A DNA stretch of 64,000 bases from Myxococcales bacterium. Lineage in GTDB: Bacteria > Myxococcota_A > UBA9042. The DNA is taken from assembly GCA_037441385.1 (NCBI GenBank), contig JBBISH010000012.1, forward strand, positions 1-64,000, written 5' to 3'. This document shows positions 28,452 to 39,138 of this stretch, piece by piece. Position 1 is the stretch's first letter; each line of letters opens with the position of its first letter. Made by a program: the position numbers and the translations under genes. Under the pieces are notes generated by a model. It had not been told where the DNA came from. It worked only from the letters and a program-made list of their open reading frames with translations, and searched no databases.

Positions 28452-29105
28452 TTAGCCTTTCTGCGGGCGCAGCAGCGCCACCGCGTGGGCGCGCGGTCCA
28501 GGCACGGCCAGCACCTGCACCACCCGCCCAAGCGGACCCAGCGACTCGGCCAGGGCCTCGGGCGGCCCCTTGCCGTGCACGGCCGCCACCCCGCGAGGCG
28601 TCAACAGGGGCCAGGCGCGCGGCAACCACTCGGGGGCGGGCCACACGGCACGCGCGGTGGCCAGCTCGAAGTCCGCCGCCAGATGAGCGCTGTGCAGCGA
28701 AGCCGCCACCGTTTGCAGGTTGGCGAGCCCCAGCGCCTGAGCGGCCTCGGCGATGAATTGCGCTCGCAGCTTGCGGGGCTCCACAGCGACCACGCGCACG
28801 CTGGGCCAGCAGGTCGCCAGGGTCAGCGCGACGATGCCCGCCCCAGCGCCCACGTCGACGACCCCGGCCGGTGCCCGCCCCAGCTGCTTGTGGGCTGCGC
28901 TGGCCAGGACCAGGGCTTCCAGCACATGCTCCGACACACCAGCGGGCGACGGGTCCCCCACCAAGTTGACGCGAGTTTGCCCGTCGGCCACCTGCGCGAG
29001 CAGCGCCTGCAGCGGCTGCGACCACACGGAATCCCACAAGAATCCGCTAGCTTGACAAGCCTCTGCCGCCAAAGCGATCGCTTGCGACCGGGCGGACGCG
29101 CTCAC
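28452..29105 (-). CDS. rsmG: 16S rRNA m7G527 methyltransferase
   Basis: VNLVG, HVLEAL, DVGAGAG, VEPRKLR, ATARAV, KG. Confidence 0.85.
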   Translation of the reverse strand: MSASARSQAIALAAEACQASGFLWDSVWSQPLQALLAQVADGQTRVNLVGDPSPAGVSEHVLEALVLASAAHKQLGRAPAGVVDVGAGAGIVALTLATCWPSVRVVAVEPRKLRAQFIAEAAQALGLANLQTVAASLHSAHLAADFELATARAVWPAPEWLPRAWPLLTPRGVAAVHGKGPPEALAESLGPLGRVVQVLAVPGPRAHAVALLRPQKG

Positions 29106-31156
29106 GGGGTGGCCTTGGGCGCCCCTTGGGGCGGCTGGCCGGCGTCGCGCATCATCTTGGCCTCACTCTCCGCGCTCTCGATGGCCTGATTCAGGAGCGC
29201 CTTGACCTCGTCGCCCTTGTCGCCATAGCTCTTGACCAGCCGATCACGCAGTTGTTCTGCCTTGGGCTTCTGCCCCGTGGCCACATACACCGCCGCCAGC
29301 GTCGCCGCCAGGTTGGGATCGGGCTTGTCGCCCGCCACTTCGGACTCCAGGATCTTCTGCGCCCGCGGCAGATCGCCGGCCTGCAGCCAGACCTCTACGA
29401 TTTCCAGCGGTTTGAGCAGCTTGTCGGCCACTGCTTTTTGCGCCTCTTGGTCGGCCCGTTCGGCGGAACCCGTCATCGCCAGCGTCACCACGTGCAGCAT
29501 GGCCGCGTCGCGGTCGGTCGGCACCTTCTTGCGCACAGCCTCGATGATCGGCAACGCCATGGTCGGTTGGCGGTTTTGCAGATAGAGCTGCGCCTGCAAG
29601 AGGGCCATGCGGTCGCCATCGGGGTCGTTCTTCAGCGGCTCCAGCGCGGCGATTGCCTCGGGCACGCGGCCATTTTGACGGAGTAAGTCCGCTCGCAGCA
29701 AGGCAATGTTGTGGCTGTCGGGGAGCGCGGCAAAGGCCTTCTCGGCAATTTCCAGCGCCTTGCCGGTCTGCTTGGCCGCCATCAGGGCGCCCGTCCAGGC
29801 CAGTACCGCGCGCTCGTCCTCGTACGGCGGCGCCAGCGTATCGAACAGCTTGGCCGCCTCGTCATGCTTGCGCTGGCCCTGCAGAATCTGCGCCAGCAAG
29901 ATCCCCGCCTCCAGATCCTTGTGCTCGCGCACCGCCTGGCCAAGCAGCATCTCGGCCTGCTGGTCCTCGTGCTTGGCCAACAACCACTGGCCTTTGGCGG
30001 CGCGGGCGCCCGGGGGCGGCGGATCCGCCTTGAGCGCTTGGTCCAGCAGGCTGCCCACCTCGGCCAGGGCCTTGTCCTTCTGGTCTGCCGGCAGGGTCGG
30101 GACACGCGCCAACTGCAGCATGGCCTTGGCCGTCAGCGCCTCGGGCAGACCGGGGGCGATTTGCAGTGCGTCTTCGCATCGTTGCAGCGCCTTGACCGGC
30201 TGCTGTTGCGACTGCGCCACCTGAGCCAAGAACAGCTTGGCCAGCGGGTCCGGGGCCTTCTGCAGCGCCGCCTCGCACGACGCTACGCCCTGGTCTTCCA
30301 TGCGCTGGTCCAGTTGGCCCACGCCGCGGGCAAATTGAATGACCGGCAAACCCGGCACCAGCGCTTCGGCCGCCAGCAGGTCTTCAGCCGCCTGTTTGAA
30401 GCCGCTGCGCGCACGTTCGGCATTGGCGCGCACCACCAGCCACAGCGCCACCGCCTGGGCCTCGGACACCGGCTGCGCCTTGGCGACGGGAGTGTCGGTC
30501 AGCGGATCGAACACCGTCCCGTCGTGGAGGCGCACCGCCAGGCGATAGCGGGTCAGGGTCAAGGGCGTCTGCACGCCGGCCGCATCGGTCACAAATTCCG
30601 TTGCCTCGCCGCGAGCTTGCAAGAGAGCGCGCGCCATGAACGCGGCCTCGATGGGATGGATCGGCAGGGCACTGCCGGCCTGTACGGCGGCGAACAGCGC
30701 GGGGGTGTCCAGCGCCAGCCCTTTGCGGCGCACGTCGTAGCGGAGCGCCTCTAGTTTGCCAGGCGCACGCAGTGCCTTGATCTTGCTGATCAGATCGCTG
30801 GTCGACGCAGCGGATTTGGCAAACGTCTGCATGGCGGCGTCGGCCTGACCTGGCAAACTGGCCCGCTCGAGCGGCAGGCCGGCCGCCCGCACTTTGGCCG
30901 CCAAGTCCTGCGTTTGCCCGCCCGGTGCCGCCGCTTCGCCGGCCAGCTTACCCGCCTCGGGCTTGAAATGGCACACCCCCGTGGCCACGCCGGCCACCAC
31001 GGCCACGCCCACACCGATCATCAGCCACTTGCGCGATCCGCCCGCTTTCTGTTCGCTCGGCGGCGCGGCCAAGCCCTGCATGCAGGTGGGGCAGCGGCTG
31101 TCGCCTTCGCTGGCGACGTCGACCAACTTGTCACAATTGGGACAGAACTTCTTCAT
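29102..31156 (-). CDS. Membrane-anchored TPR protein with N-terminal Zn ribbon
   Basis: CPNC...CPTC, TM helix, long TPR-like helical repeats. Confidence 0.8.
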   Translation of the reverse strand: MKKFCPNCDKLVDVASEGDSRCPTCMQGLAAPPSEQKAGGSRKWLMIGVGVAVVAGVATGVCHFKPEAGKLAGEAAAPGGQTQDLAAKVRAAGLPLERASLPGQADAAMQTFAKSAASTSDLISKIKALRAPGKLEALRYDVRRKGLALDTPALFAAVQAGSALPIHPIEAAFMARALLQARGEATEFVTDAAGVQTPLTLTRYRLAVRLHDGTVFDPLTDTPVAKAQPVSEAQAVALWLVVRANAERARSGFKQAAEDLLAAEALVPGLPVIQFARGVGQLDQRMEDQGVASCEAALQKAPDPLAKLFLAQVAQSQQQPVKALQRCEDALQIAPGLPEALTAKAMLQLARVPTLPADQKDKALAEVGSLLDQALKADPPPPGARAAKGQWLLAKHEDQQAEMLLGQAVREHKDLEAGILLAQILQGQRKHDEAAKLFDTLAPPYEDERAVLAWTGALMAAKQTGKALEIAEKAFAALPDSHNIALLRADLLRQNGRVPEAIAALEPLKNDPDGDRMALLQAQLYLQNRQPTMALPIIEAVRKKVPTDRDAAMLHVVTLAMTGSAERADQEAQKAVADKLLKPLEIVEVWLQAGDLPRAQKILESEVAGDKPDPNLAATLAAVYVATGQKPKAEQLRDRLVKSYGDKGDEVKALLNQAIESAESEAKMMRDAGQPPQGAPKATP

Positions 31157-31160
31157 CTGA

Positions 31161-31928
31161 CTACGACTCCGTGGCGTCGGTCGGTTTGTGCCCCCGCGCC
31201 AGTCCATGTTTGTCGACAAACCGCCGCAACCCGCCGGGGTCATCGGTGATGATCGCCGCAATCGCCTGCGGTCCGGCCATTTCCACGGCACGCTGCCAAG
31301 CCGCCGGGCCGTTGAGCGTCCAGGGCCACACGGGCCACCCCTTGGCTTGCCATTCGTGCAGCCGATCGGCGCTGAGCAGCGCGGCGCCCGGGTGCACCTG
31401 CGCAATTTCGCCCAGATCGCCCATGGCCCGCAAGTCGCTGTCGCCCTCTGCCAAAGCGCCGCGTCGCCAGTGCGGGGCCACCTGCCCAAGCAAGTCCAGC
31501 GCACCGCGGTCAAACGACGAAAACACCCAGTTGGCCGGCGGACATTCCCCAATCCGGCGGAACACCGTCTCGATCAGCGGCCGCGCCAGCACCTGGGCCG
31601 CCACCTTCAGCTCCACGTTCAAATGCAGCGAGCGCAAACTGGCCCACTCCAACAGCTCGTCCAGGTGGGTGGGCGGTTGGGGCCTCCAGTCGCCCACGCG
31701 TTGCTCCAGACTCCGCAGTTCGCGCCAACTCACCTGGGCCAGGCGCCGCCGATCGCCGGTCAGCCGCCGCAGATCGTCGTCGTGAAACAAGACAGGCTCG
31801 CCATCCGCCGTGAGCTGCACGTCGCATTCCACGCCGTCTGCGCCTTCGCTCAGCGCAATCTGCAGTGAATACAAGCTGTTTTCAACTGCGAGCTGCCGGG
31901 CGCCGCGGTGGCCAATCACCCACACCAT
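31161..31928 (-). CDS. Glycerophosphodiester phosphodiesterase
   Basis: GHRGA, ENS, VECDVQLTADG, FHD, NVELK, WTLN, IITD. Confidence 0.93.
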   Translation of the reverse strand: MVWVIGHRGARQLAVENSLYSLQIALSEGADGVECDVQLTADGEPVLFHDDDLRRLTGDRRRLAQVSWRELRSLEQRVGDWRPQPPTHLDELLEWASLRSLHLNVELKVAAQVLARPLIETVFRRIGECPPANWVFSSFDRGALDLLGQVAPHWRRGALAEGDSDLRAMGDLGEIAQVHPGAALLSADRLHEWQAKGWPVWPWTLNGPAAWQRAVEMAGPQAIAAIITDDPGGLRRFVDKHGLARGHKPTDATES

Positions 31929-31958
31929 CGTCTTCCTGTTGGCTGGACGGCCCGACCG

Positions 31959-34871
31959 CTATCCCGCGCGCTCGGGGTCAAACGTGACGAGCTCGGTTTG
32001 CAGCATCAAGAACAGCACGTGCAAAAGCGCCAGGCGTTGCGGGCGGTTACCGTAGCAGTCCTCGTAGGCTGGCCGCGGCGTCTTGTTCGACAGCAGCATG
32101 GTGACGGCCTTGGACTCGCGGGCCTGCAGCTTTAGGTCAGACAGCGAAATCAACGGGTTGTGCCGTTGATACAACGGCCGATCCAGCTTGTCTTGAAAGA
32201 GTGGATCCAAGACGGCCAGCGACACGCGCTCGCGCACGCCCTCGGCCAGCACGGCGATCGGGTCAAAGTCCAGGGGCACGATGTCGCTGGGGGGCTCCAC
32301 GCCCTCGTAGAACGCGTAAGTGCCGCTGTCCCAGCCAAAAGCGTCGATAAAGCGCGCGTGGGTCTGGCCTTCGAGCACTTGGTACAGCTGGAACGGCTTG
32401 ATCAGGTTCATCCCAACCAGCAAATCGCCTAGCTTGGTGCCCGTGGCGCGCGAACGACCGACGGCCAAGTCCACATCGGCTTGGCTGATATAGCCGTTGG
32501 CGACCATGAACGGCCCCAGCAGTTCTTGATGCTGATTGCTGGTGATGTATTGCGTGCGGCCGCGGCGGAAGTAGATCGACTTGGCGGCGTCGCCGCGATG
32601 CAACTCCAGGGAACCCGTGGCGCGATCCGCAAACATCTTGTAGAGGAGGCGCACGAACACCCACTGCGACAGCGGCCCCGACAAGGTCGGCGGTTTCGCG
32701 GGCTCGGCGGTTTCTTCTACCACCGCGCTCAAGGCCGCCAGCGAGCGAATCGACGAGAACGGCCCGTTGCCGTGGGCGACCAAGTCGTCGGCGCTGGCCG
32801 TCTTGGCGCGCAGCATGGCCTCCAGCCCGGCCAAGGTCAGCCCTGTCAGCTCAGCGCCGTGGGCCTGCCTCAAGCGATAGAGCGAAGCAACCGGCGCCGA
32901 CGCGCGCAGCGTGTCGTTGACGTTGTCGTTGATCGGCGGGTGCTGCGTGACGCGCGCCGTGGGGAGAGGCGCGCTCGGCGGATCGGCGCTGACGATGGGC
33001 GGCACCTCGGCGGTCGTCCGCACCGGTTCGGCGCCCAGGCGCTGCTTGACGAAATCGGGCGCGATCTCAAAGGCGCTGGCCGAGATGGGTTGAAACACGG
33101 GCAGATCGGCGAGCGAGAGCGGTGCGCGCGCGGGCTCCGGCGTGGCCGCCAATGTGCCCTCGGTCGACGACACCGGCGAACTGTGCTCGACGGCCATGGC
33201 CACAATGCCCGACTTGTTGGTCGCGGCGTCGGCCACGTCCTCCAGCGGAAACGGCGCGGTCTGGAACTCGGGGCGCATCGCGCGGGCCGCCAGCGAACGG
33301 GCCTGCGGGTTGGTGGCGGGCGGTGAGGCAATGGCGATGTCGACGGCGCGCTGCGAAGCACCCGAGCCTTCGGGCATGGCGGCCACGGACAATTCGCCCG
33401 TGTTGGCCCGCATGGCCCGGTCGTCCATGGCGCGGATGCGCGAGCGCGACGGTGTGGCCCCATGGCGCAAGACAACGCCGCTGGCCGACGGAGCGGAAAC
33501 CGCTTCGTGGGCCCCGCTGTCGTGCGACGCCGCGTCCCGAACGGCTCCCGGCCGGGGCACCCCGTCTACCGGGGTCACGTCTGCCGAAGCCTGCCGCCGC
33601 GGCACCTCGGCGTGCCCGACTTGCGGCACCGTAGGCCTGGCCAGCTCGCCAGGCTCGATCGGCAGCGGTGGCAGGCCACTTTGGGCGCGGGATTCAGCGA
33701 TCCGTGCGCGAATCCGCTCCATTTCGTCGGCCGAGAACGAGAGCGAGGCCACGGAAGTGGGCGCAGCCACCGCCGTCGGTTGCTGTTGTTGCGCGGCCGG
33801 CTTGGTGCGGGCCGGGGCAACCGCACGCTTGGGGGGCTCGTCGTCGGGGATGGGCGGAGGCTCGTCGCCGGGAGGCAACGCCGTTGGCCCCTGCCCCACA
33901 CCCACGGCCGAAGCGCGGGTAAGAACTGGAACCGCCTGGTCGTCCCCGGCAAACAAAGCCTCCAAGTAGGCCGACAGCTGCCCGGTCGCCACGTGTTGCC
34001 GCCGCTCGAACATCACTTTCATGATGTCGTCGTGCATGGCCATGGCGGTGGGGTAGCGCTCGTTTGGATCGCGCGCCAGCGATCGCCGAAGGATGTTGCG
34101 AATATCCTCGTCGATGTAGCTGTGCTTCTTGAACTTGTGCTCGATGCGCGCGTCGCGGATGTTGACCAGCGTCTCCAGGTCGGTCTTGGCCAAGAAAAGG
34201 CGCTTCAGGGTCAGCGACTCGTACAGGATGATCCCCAACGAAAAGATGTCGCTGCGGTGGTCAAAGGCGCGTCCCGTCACCTGTTCCGGGCTCATGTAGC
34301 CCAGCTTGCCCTTGAGCACACCGGAGCGCGTGGCGTTGTCGCGGTCGCCCGACGAGGCCTTGGCGACGCCGAAGTCCATGACTTTGACCTCGCCCCCCTC
34401 GGCCAGCAGGATGTTCGACGGCGACACATCGCGGTGGATGATGTTCAGCGGCCGGCCATAGTGGTCCTTGGCAAAGTGGGCGTAGTGCAAGCCTTTCGCC
34501 GTCTCAGCGGCGATGTATAGGCACAACTCGGGCGGAATGCGCATCTGCGTCTGGGTCGCGCGCGACAGGACCTTGAACAGGTCGTGGCCGCGCACGTACT
34601 CCATCGCGATGTAGAAGATGCCCTCGATCTCGCCGTTTTCGTAGGTCTGCACGATGTTGGCGTGCTGCAGCACCGCACACAGGCGCGCCTCGGCCAACAG
34701 CATGTCGATAAAGGTCTTGTTCGAGGCAAAGGAGGGAAGGATCTTCTTGATGACGACGATCTTCTCGAAGCCGCCCACGCCGCCGACCTTGGCGCGCCAG
34801 ACTTCGGCCATGCCGCCCAAGCCGATGCGGTCTAGCAGCTCATAGCGGCCGAACATCGTCCCCAAAATCAC
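31959..34871 (-). CDS. Ser/Thr protein kinase with C-terminal DUF4388-like domain (start uncertain)
   Basis: IGLGGMAEV, HRDVSPSN, DFG, GKLGYMSPEQ; C-terminal TG.L...KSIYFRRG...LGPFMV...FGWDSGTYAF. Confidence 0.9.
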   Translation of the reverse strand: MILGTMFGRYELLDRIGLGGMAEVWRAKVGGVGGFEKIVVIKKILPSFASNKTFIDMLLAEARLCAVLQHANIVQTYENGEIEGIFYIAMEYVRGHDLFKVLSRATQTQMRIPPELCLYIAAETAKGLHYAHFAKDHYGRPLNIIHRDVSPSNILLAEGGEVKVMDFGVAKASSGDRDNATRSGVLKGKLGYMSPEQVTGRAFDHRSDIFSLGIILYESLTLKRLFLAKTDLETLVNIRDARIEHKFKKHSYIDEDIRNILRRSLARDPNERYPTAMAMHDDIMKVMFERRQHVATGQLSAYLEALFAGDDQAVPVLTRASAVGVGQGPTALPPGDEPPPIPDDEPPKRAVAPARTKPAAQQQQPTAVAAPTSVASLSFSADEMERIRARIAESRAQSGLPPLPIEPGELARPTVPQVGHAEVPRRQASADVTPVDGVPRPGAVRDAASHDSGAHEAVSAPSASGVVLRHGATPSRSRIRAMDDRAMRANTGELSVAAMPEGSGASQRAVDIAIASPPATNPQARSLAARAMRPEFQTAPFPLEDVADAATNKSGIVAMAVEHSSPVSSTEGTLAATPEPARAPLSLADLPVFQPISASAFEIAPDFVKQRLGAEPVRTTAEVPPIVSADPPSAPLPTARVTQHPPINDNVNDTLRASAPVASLYRLRQAHGAELTGLTLAGLEAMLRAKTASADDLVAHGNGPFSSIRSLAALSAVVEETAEPAKPPTLSGPLSQWVFVRLLYKMFADRATGSLELHRGDAAKSIYFRRGRTQYITSNQHQELLGPFMVANGYISQADVDLAVGRSRATGTKLGDLLVGMNLIKPFQLYQVLEGQTHARFIDAFGWDSGTYAFYEGVEPPSDIVPLDFDPIAVLAEGVRERVSLAVLDPLFQDKLDRPLYQRHNPLISLSDLKLQARESKAVTMLLSNKTPRPAYEDCYGNRPQRLALLHVLFLMLQTELVTFDPERAG

Positions 34872-35035
34872 CTCTCCGCCCTGAACTCCGTGCGCCAGCT
34901 GAGCAGTGGCAAGCCGACACAGGGCAGAGCATCCTATACCTGACACCCGGCTTGCAACTGCCGCAGCCCCGTCGCGGACGTAATTCTCGCGAATCCGCGC
35001 CGCAGCGGTGCATCAAGCACAAAACATGATTTGGA

Positions 35036-35254
35036 TCAGTTCTTTTCGAGTTGGTCGAGATAGATCTTTCCGGCTCGGCACATCTCTTGATCGCGGTCGC
35101 TTGGCGACGCCGCAACCTGACGCAACTGCAAGCAAAGTCCGTCGCGCTCGCCGGCCCGGCTGCATGCGCGTTCGGCGACTTCCTCGCACGGCCCCTTGCA
35201 GGCCCCCACCGAAGTCGCCACGATCGACAGCGTCAACCACCATCGCAACTGCAT
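35036..35254 (-). CDS. Small Cys-containing lipoprotein
   Basis: MQLRWWLTLSIVATSVGAC lipobox; TGATG coupling with ribB stop. Confidence 0.65.
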   Translation of the reverse strand: MQLRWWLTLSIVATSVGACKGPCEEVAERACSRAGERDGLCLQLRQVAASPSDRDQEMCRAGKIYLDQLEKN

Positions 35255-36438
35255 CAAGGCTCCTCGGCCGGCGCTGGGCTGGCATCGCCCACGGGCAGCC
35301 ACTCGACAATGTCGAGCCCATAGCCCGACACCGCCCGCAGCCGCCGCGGCTGGTTGGTCATGACACGCAGCTTGCGCAAGCCCAAGTCGCGCAAAATCTG
35401 AGCGCCAATACCGAATTCCTGAAAGTCCATTTTGGCCGCCAGGTCGTCACTGGAGCGCTGGGCACCAGCAGCGCGCTCTGCGTAGGTCTGCAGAGCCTGG
35501 CCCAAGGCGTCGGCGTCGCGATCGACGTCCAAGTACAGCAAGACGCCCGAGCCGGCTTCGGCAATCCGCTTCATCGCCGCCGCCAGATTGCGCTGCGCCG
35601 ACGACAGGACAAAGCCAAAAGCATCCGCCAGCGGGTTGCTGCGGTGGACGCGCACCAGCACGGGTTCGTGCGTGGCCACCTGGCCGTAGATCAGCGCCGC
35701 GTGGGTGGCCGTCCCCACCAGCGACCGGTAGATGGCGATGCGAAACTCGCCGTACTCGGTTGCCAATTTGCTCTCGGCCTCGCGCACCACCAGCGGCTCT
35801 TTTTGCAGGCGGTACTCGATCAGGTCGGCGACCGTCACCACGCGGATCCCGTGCAACGCCCCAAATTCCAAAAGGGCCGGCAGCCGGCTCATGCTGCCAT
35901 CGGGCGCCATCACCTCGCAGATCACGCCCGCCGGCACCAAACCGGCTAAGCGCGCCAGATCGACCGAGCCCTCGGTCTGGCCGGCCCGCACCAGCACCCC
36001 ACCCTGGCGCGCGCGCAGGGGGTAGATGTGCCCAGGAACACGAAAATCCTTGGCCGTGGCGTCGGGCGCGATCGCCCGCAGGATGGTGTGGGCGCGGGCC
36101 TTGGCCGATACGCCCGAGCCCTGCACGTCCACCGAGTCCATGCTCACGGTAAACGCCGTGCCCAGCCTGGCTTCGTTCTGCGGCGCCATCGGCGGCAGTT
36201 CCAGGCGGTCGACCAGGGCCCCCTGCATCGCCAGGCAGACTAGCCCGCGGCCGTGCTCGGCCATGAAGGCGATCGCCTCGGGCGTGACACGCTCGGCGGC
36301 GATAACCAGATCGCCTTCGTTTTCGCGATCTTCGTCGTCGACCAGGATCACCATCCGCCCAACGGCGATGTCGGCAATGGCTTGTTCGATGGGAGCAATC
36401 CGCAGCAGGGCAGGATCGGGGGCTGGCGCGGTTTGCAT
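35254..36438 (-). CDS. ribB: 3,4-dihydroxy-2-butanone-4-phosphate synthase fused to degenerate GTP cyclohydrolase II-like domain (RibBX-like)
   Basis: DDEDRENEGD, FTVS, PGHIYPL, GQTEGSVDL, ICEVM; C-terminal GIGAQILRDLG, but no Zn-binding cysteines. Confidence 0.9.
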   Translation of the reverse strand: MQTAPAPDPALLRIAPIEQAIADIAVGRMVILVDDEDRENEGDLVIAAERVTPEAIAFMAEHGRGLVCLAMQGALVDRLELPPMAPQNEARLGTAFTVSMDSVDVQGSGVSAKARAHTILRAIAPDATAKDFRVPGHIYPLRARQGGVLVRAGQTEGSVDLARLAGLVPAGVICEVMAPDGSMSRLPALLEFGALHGIRVVTVADLIEYRLQKEPLVVREAESKLATEYGEFRIAIYRSLVGTATHAALIYGQVATHEPVLVRVHRSNPLADAFGFVLSSAQRNLAAAMKRIAEAGSGVLLYLDVDRDADALGQALQTYAERAAGAQRSSDDLAAKMDFQEFGIGAQILRDLGLRKLRVMTNQPRRLRAVSGYGLDIVEWLPVGDASPAPAEEP

Positions 36439-36489
36439 CGCGTGGGGCTCCAAGTAGATGGAAGGCAAGCAGAAGTTCGTCGCGGCCGG

Positions 36490-37107
36490 TCAGGGCTCCA
36501 GCGGCGACAGGGCCCGTGCACTGCTGCGGCGCTGGGCGGCGGCGTCACAAGTCTCTGGCGCGGGCCGGGCCAGGCGACGGGTCTGAACCACGGTACCAGC
36601 CGGCGCGCCCGTTTCCGCAGCCTGCAGCGCGGCTTCGATGTCGTGCTGATCCCCGGCGAGCACCGCGTGGCCTTGGCCGGCCAACTCGGTGGCAAAACGC
36701 AGACGGAGCAGTTGGGTCTCGGCGGCCTTCAGCGCCCGATCCACCGCCGCCAGCGTGGCGATCGGCGTGTGGCACTGCAGAATTCCCAAGGCATCCTGGC
36801 GGGCTTGCGCATCGGCGCTGGTCAGCAGGTGGCCATGCAGGGCCGAGCGCAGCAGTTCGTGCGCAAAGGGCAACAGCAGCGTCTCGGTCACTTCGCCGGG
36901 CACTTCCGCCGCGCCGCGCTGCAGCGACGCCTCGCAACTGGCCACATCGCCGCCAAAAACCACCAAGTACCGACCGGGATCGATATCGCCGGCAAAAATC
37001 ACATGGACGGGCGCCTCTTTGACCAGCGCATCCAGCGCGCACAAGCCGGCGGGCACCGAGATGAGCTCGATGGCGGCCAGCGTGTCGTGTTCGGAGGCAA
37101 GAACCAA
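36490..37107 (-). CDS. BMC-T tandem shell protein
   Basis: Two BMC domains (IELISVPAG..DALVK; AVDRALKAA, LARP). Confidence 0.85.
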   Translation of the reverse strand: MVLASEHDTLAAIELISVPAGLCALDALVKEAPVHVIFAGDIDPGRYLVVFGGDVASCEASLQRGAAEVPGEVTETLLLPFAHELLRSALHGHLLTSADAQARQDALGILQCHTPIATLAAVDRALKAAETQLLRLRFATELAGQGHAVLAGDQHDIEAALQAAETGAPAGTVVQTRRLARPAPETCDAAAQRRSSARALSPLEP

Positions 37108-37118
37108 AAGGGGCTCCG

Positions 37119-38534
37119 TTAGACGATGCGGAAGTAGCCGTGCAGGGTGCAGCGGCGTTGCTTGGTCCAGGTGCGTGCGTTGGTCAGGCCCTCGCCAGTG
37201 GTGCCGGCGATGGTCCAGGCCGTGTAGCCCTCGCCGCCCAAGCCCAAGCCAGCGTACGACGGCGCATTCTTGACGAAAATCGAGGTGTTGACGGCCTTGG
37301 CCATGCGGTCCAGACGGTCGATCGCCATCGAGTGCATGGTCGCCGTATGCAAGAAGCCGTGCTCGCAGCGCACCGCCGCTTCAACGGCCGCTTCCCAATC
37401 GGGCACGCGGAAGAAGCCCAGCACCGGCAGCAGGCCCTCCAACTGCACAAAGGGATGGGACTCTTCCACCTCGGCGTAGGCGATGCGGGTGTCCTCGCTC
37501 ACGTTGACGCCGATCTCGCGCAGGATCACGTTGGCGTTCTTGCCCACGAACTTGCGGTTGATGTGGCCGTCTTCGATCAGCAGCTTCTCCAGCGCCTGCA
37601 GTTCGCGGTCCTTGACCTCGTACGCGCCGTTCTGGTTCATCTCGCGCTTGAGCTCGTCGGCGATCTTGGCGACCGCGATGATCTCTTTTTCCACGATGCA
37701 GACGATATTGTTGTCCAGCGAGGCGCCCGCGATGATGTTCTTGGCCGCCTGGCGCAGGTCCGCCGTCTCGTCGACCACCGCCGGCGGATTGCCCGGCCCG
37801 GCGCACACCGCGCGCTTGCCCGAATTCAGCGCCGCCTTGACCACCGGCCCGCCGCCCGTCACCGCGATCAGCCGAATCCCCGGGTGCTTCATCACCTGAT
37901 TGGCCGACTCGATCGACGGCTCGGTCACCATCGTCATCATGTTGTCGGGCGCGCCAGCTTCCACGCACGCCTGGTTCAGCATCTGCACGTACCACGCCAG
38001 CGTCCGCTTGGCGCTGGGGTGCACGTTGAACACCACCGTGTTGCCGCCGGCCAGCATCGAGATGCCGTTGTTCAGGATCGTCTCGGTCGCGTTGGTGGTC
38101 GGCGTGATCGAGCCGATGATGCCCAGCGGCCCAAATTCGTCGATGGTCAGGCCCGCATCGCCGGTGTGCGCCGCGGGTTGCAGGATCTCCATGCCGGGCG
38201 TCTTGAGCGCCACCAGCCGGTTCTTGTTGATCTTGTCGGCCACGCGCCCCAGGCCCGTCTCTTCCACCGCCCGCCGCGACATCTCTTCCAGGTTCTTCAG
38301 GGTCACCTGGCGCATGTTGTCGATGGCGCGGGCGCGCACATGCACCGGCGTCTTGTGCATCTGCTCGTAGGCAGCGCGGGCGGCCTTGACGGCGTCGTCG
38401 ACCGTGTCAAAAAGCCCGTTCTTGCCCGGAGCATAACGCGGGGTGCTGATCGTGGGACCACCGCCGCCCGCCGCGGGCGTTCCCAGGCGGCGAACCACTT
38501 CGGCCACGATGGCTTGGATGCGCGCTTCGTCCAT
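37119..38534 (-). CDS. Acylating aldehyde dehydrogenase (EutE/PduP family) with N-terminal encapsulation peptide
   Basis: MDEARIQAIVAEVVRRL amphipathic peptide; ITPTTN, TGG, AGPGNPP, NNIVC, GGEG, TTGEGLT. Confidence 0.95.
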   Translation of the reverse strand: MDEARIQAIVAEVVRRLGTPAAGGGGPTISTPRYAPGKNGLFDTVDDAVKAARAAYEQMHKTPVHVRARAIDNMRQVTLKNLEEMSRRAVEETGLGRVADKINKNRLVALKTPGMEILQPAAHTGDAGLTIDEFGPLGIIGSITPTTNATETILNNGISMLAGGNTVVFNVHPSAKRTLAWYVQMLNQACVEAGAPDNMMTMVTEPSIESANQVMKHPGIRLIAVTGGGPVVKAALNSGKRAVCAGPGNPPAVVDETADLRQAAKNIIAGASLDNNIVCIVEKEIIAVAKIADELKREMNQNGAYEVKDRELQALEKLLIEDGHINRKFVGKNANVILREIGVNVSEDTRIAYAEVEESHPFVQLEGLLPVLGFFRVPDWEAAVEAAVRCEHGFLHTATMHSMAIDRLDRMAKAVNTSIFVKNAPSYAGLGLGGEGYTAWTIAGTTGEGLTNARTWTKQRRCTLHGYFRIV

Positions 38535-38616
38535 GAGGTTCTCCCTTCGGCCCGGACCTTGGCGGTCACCCGGCAGGCGCTAGCCGCACTCCGGACAGAC
38601 CGCGTGGCCCGGCCAG

Positions 38617-38925
38617 CTACTCGCCCTCGCCGCTTGGATACTTCTCGTAGACGGCGGCACCATCGGCGTGCACGCTGTCCACGATCGCCATGATCACATG
38701 ATCCACCGGGCGATCCTTGGTGGCCGAGGTCAGGCGCGCCGACGAGCCAGCCGCAAACAGCACCACCTCGCCATCGCCCGCGTTCACCGCGTCAACCGCG
38801 ACGATCACCTTGCCGGTGGCCTGGTACTTGGCGTCGAGCTCGCGCACCAGCAACAGCCGCAAACCAGCAAGTTCGGGCTCTTTTCTTGTCGCGACTACCG
38901 TGCCGACTACTTTGCCGAGCAGCAT
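38617..38925 (-). CDS. BMC-P pentameric vertex protein (EutN/CcmL family)
   Basis: [39 protein letters not shown]. Confidence 0.95.
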   Translation of the reverse strand: MLLGKVVGTVVATRKEPELAGLRLLLVRELDAKYQATGKVIVAVDAVNAGDGEVVLFAAGSSARLTSATKDRPVDHVIMAIVDSVHADGAAVYEKYPSGEGE

Positions 38926-39138
38926 CTGATCCTCGCCTGCGGGCTCCGGTTGGCCCCGCTCGCGCCGCTGCGGGAGTGACCCGGCCAGCCGCGCTTGGTG
39001 CGCATCACGCGGTGATCGCCCACCGCCATCCCGGCGCGACCGGTGCGGAATTGGCTGACGGCACCGCTGCAATCAGCGATGCGGCCAACGCAATTGCCGC
39101 CCCGGCACCGGCTGGGCGACGCTGTGGGCCACGACCAA

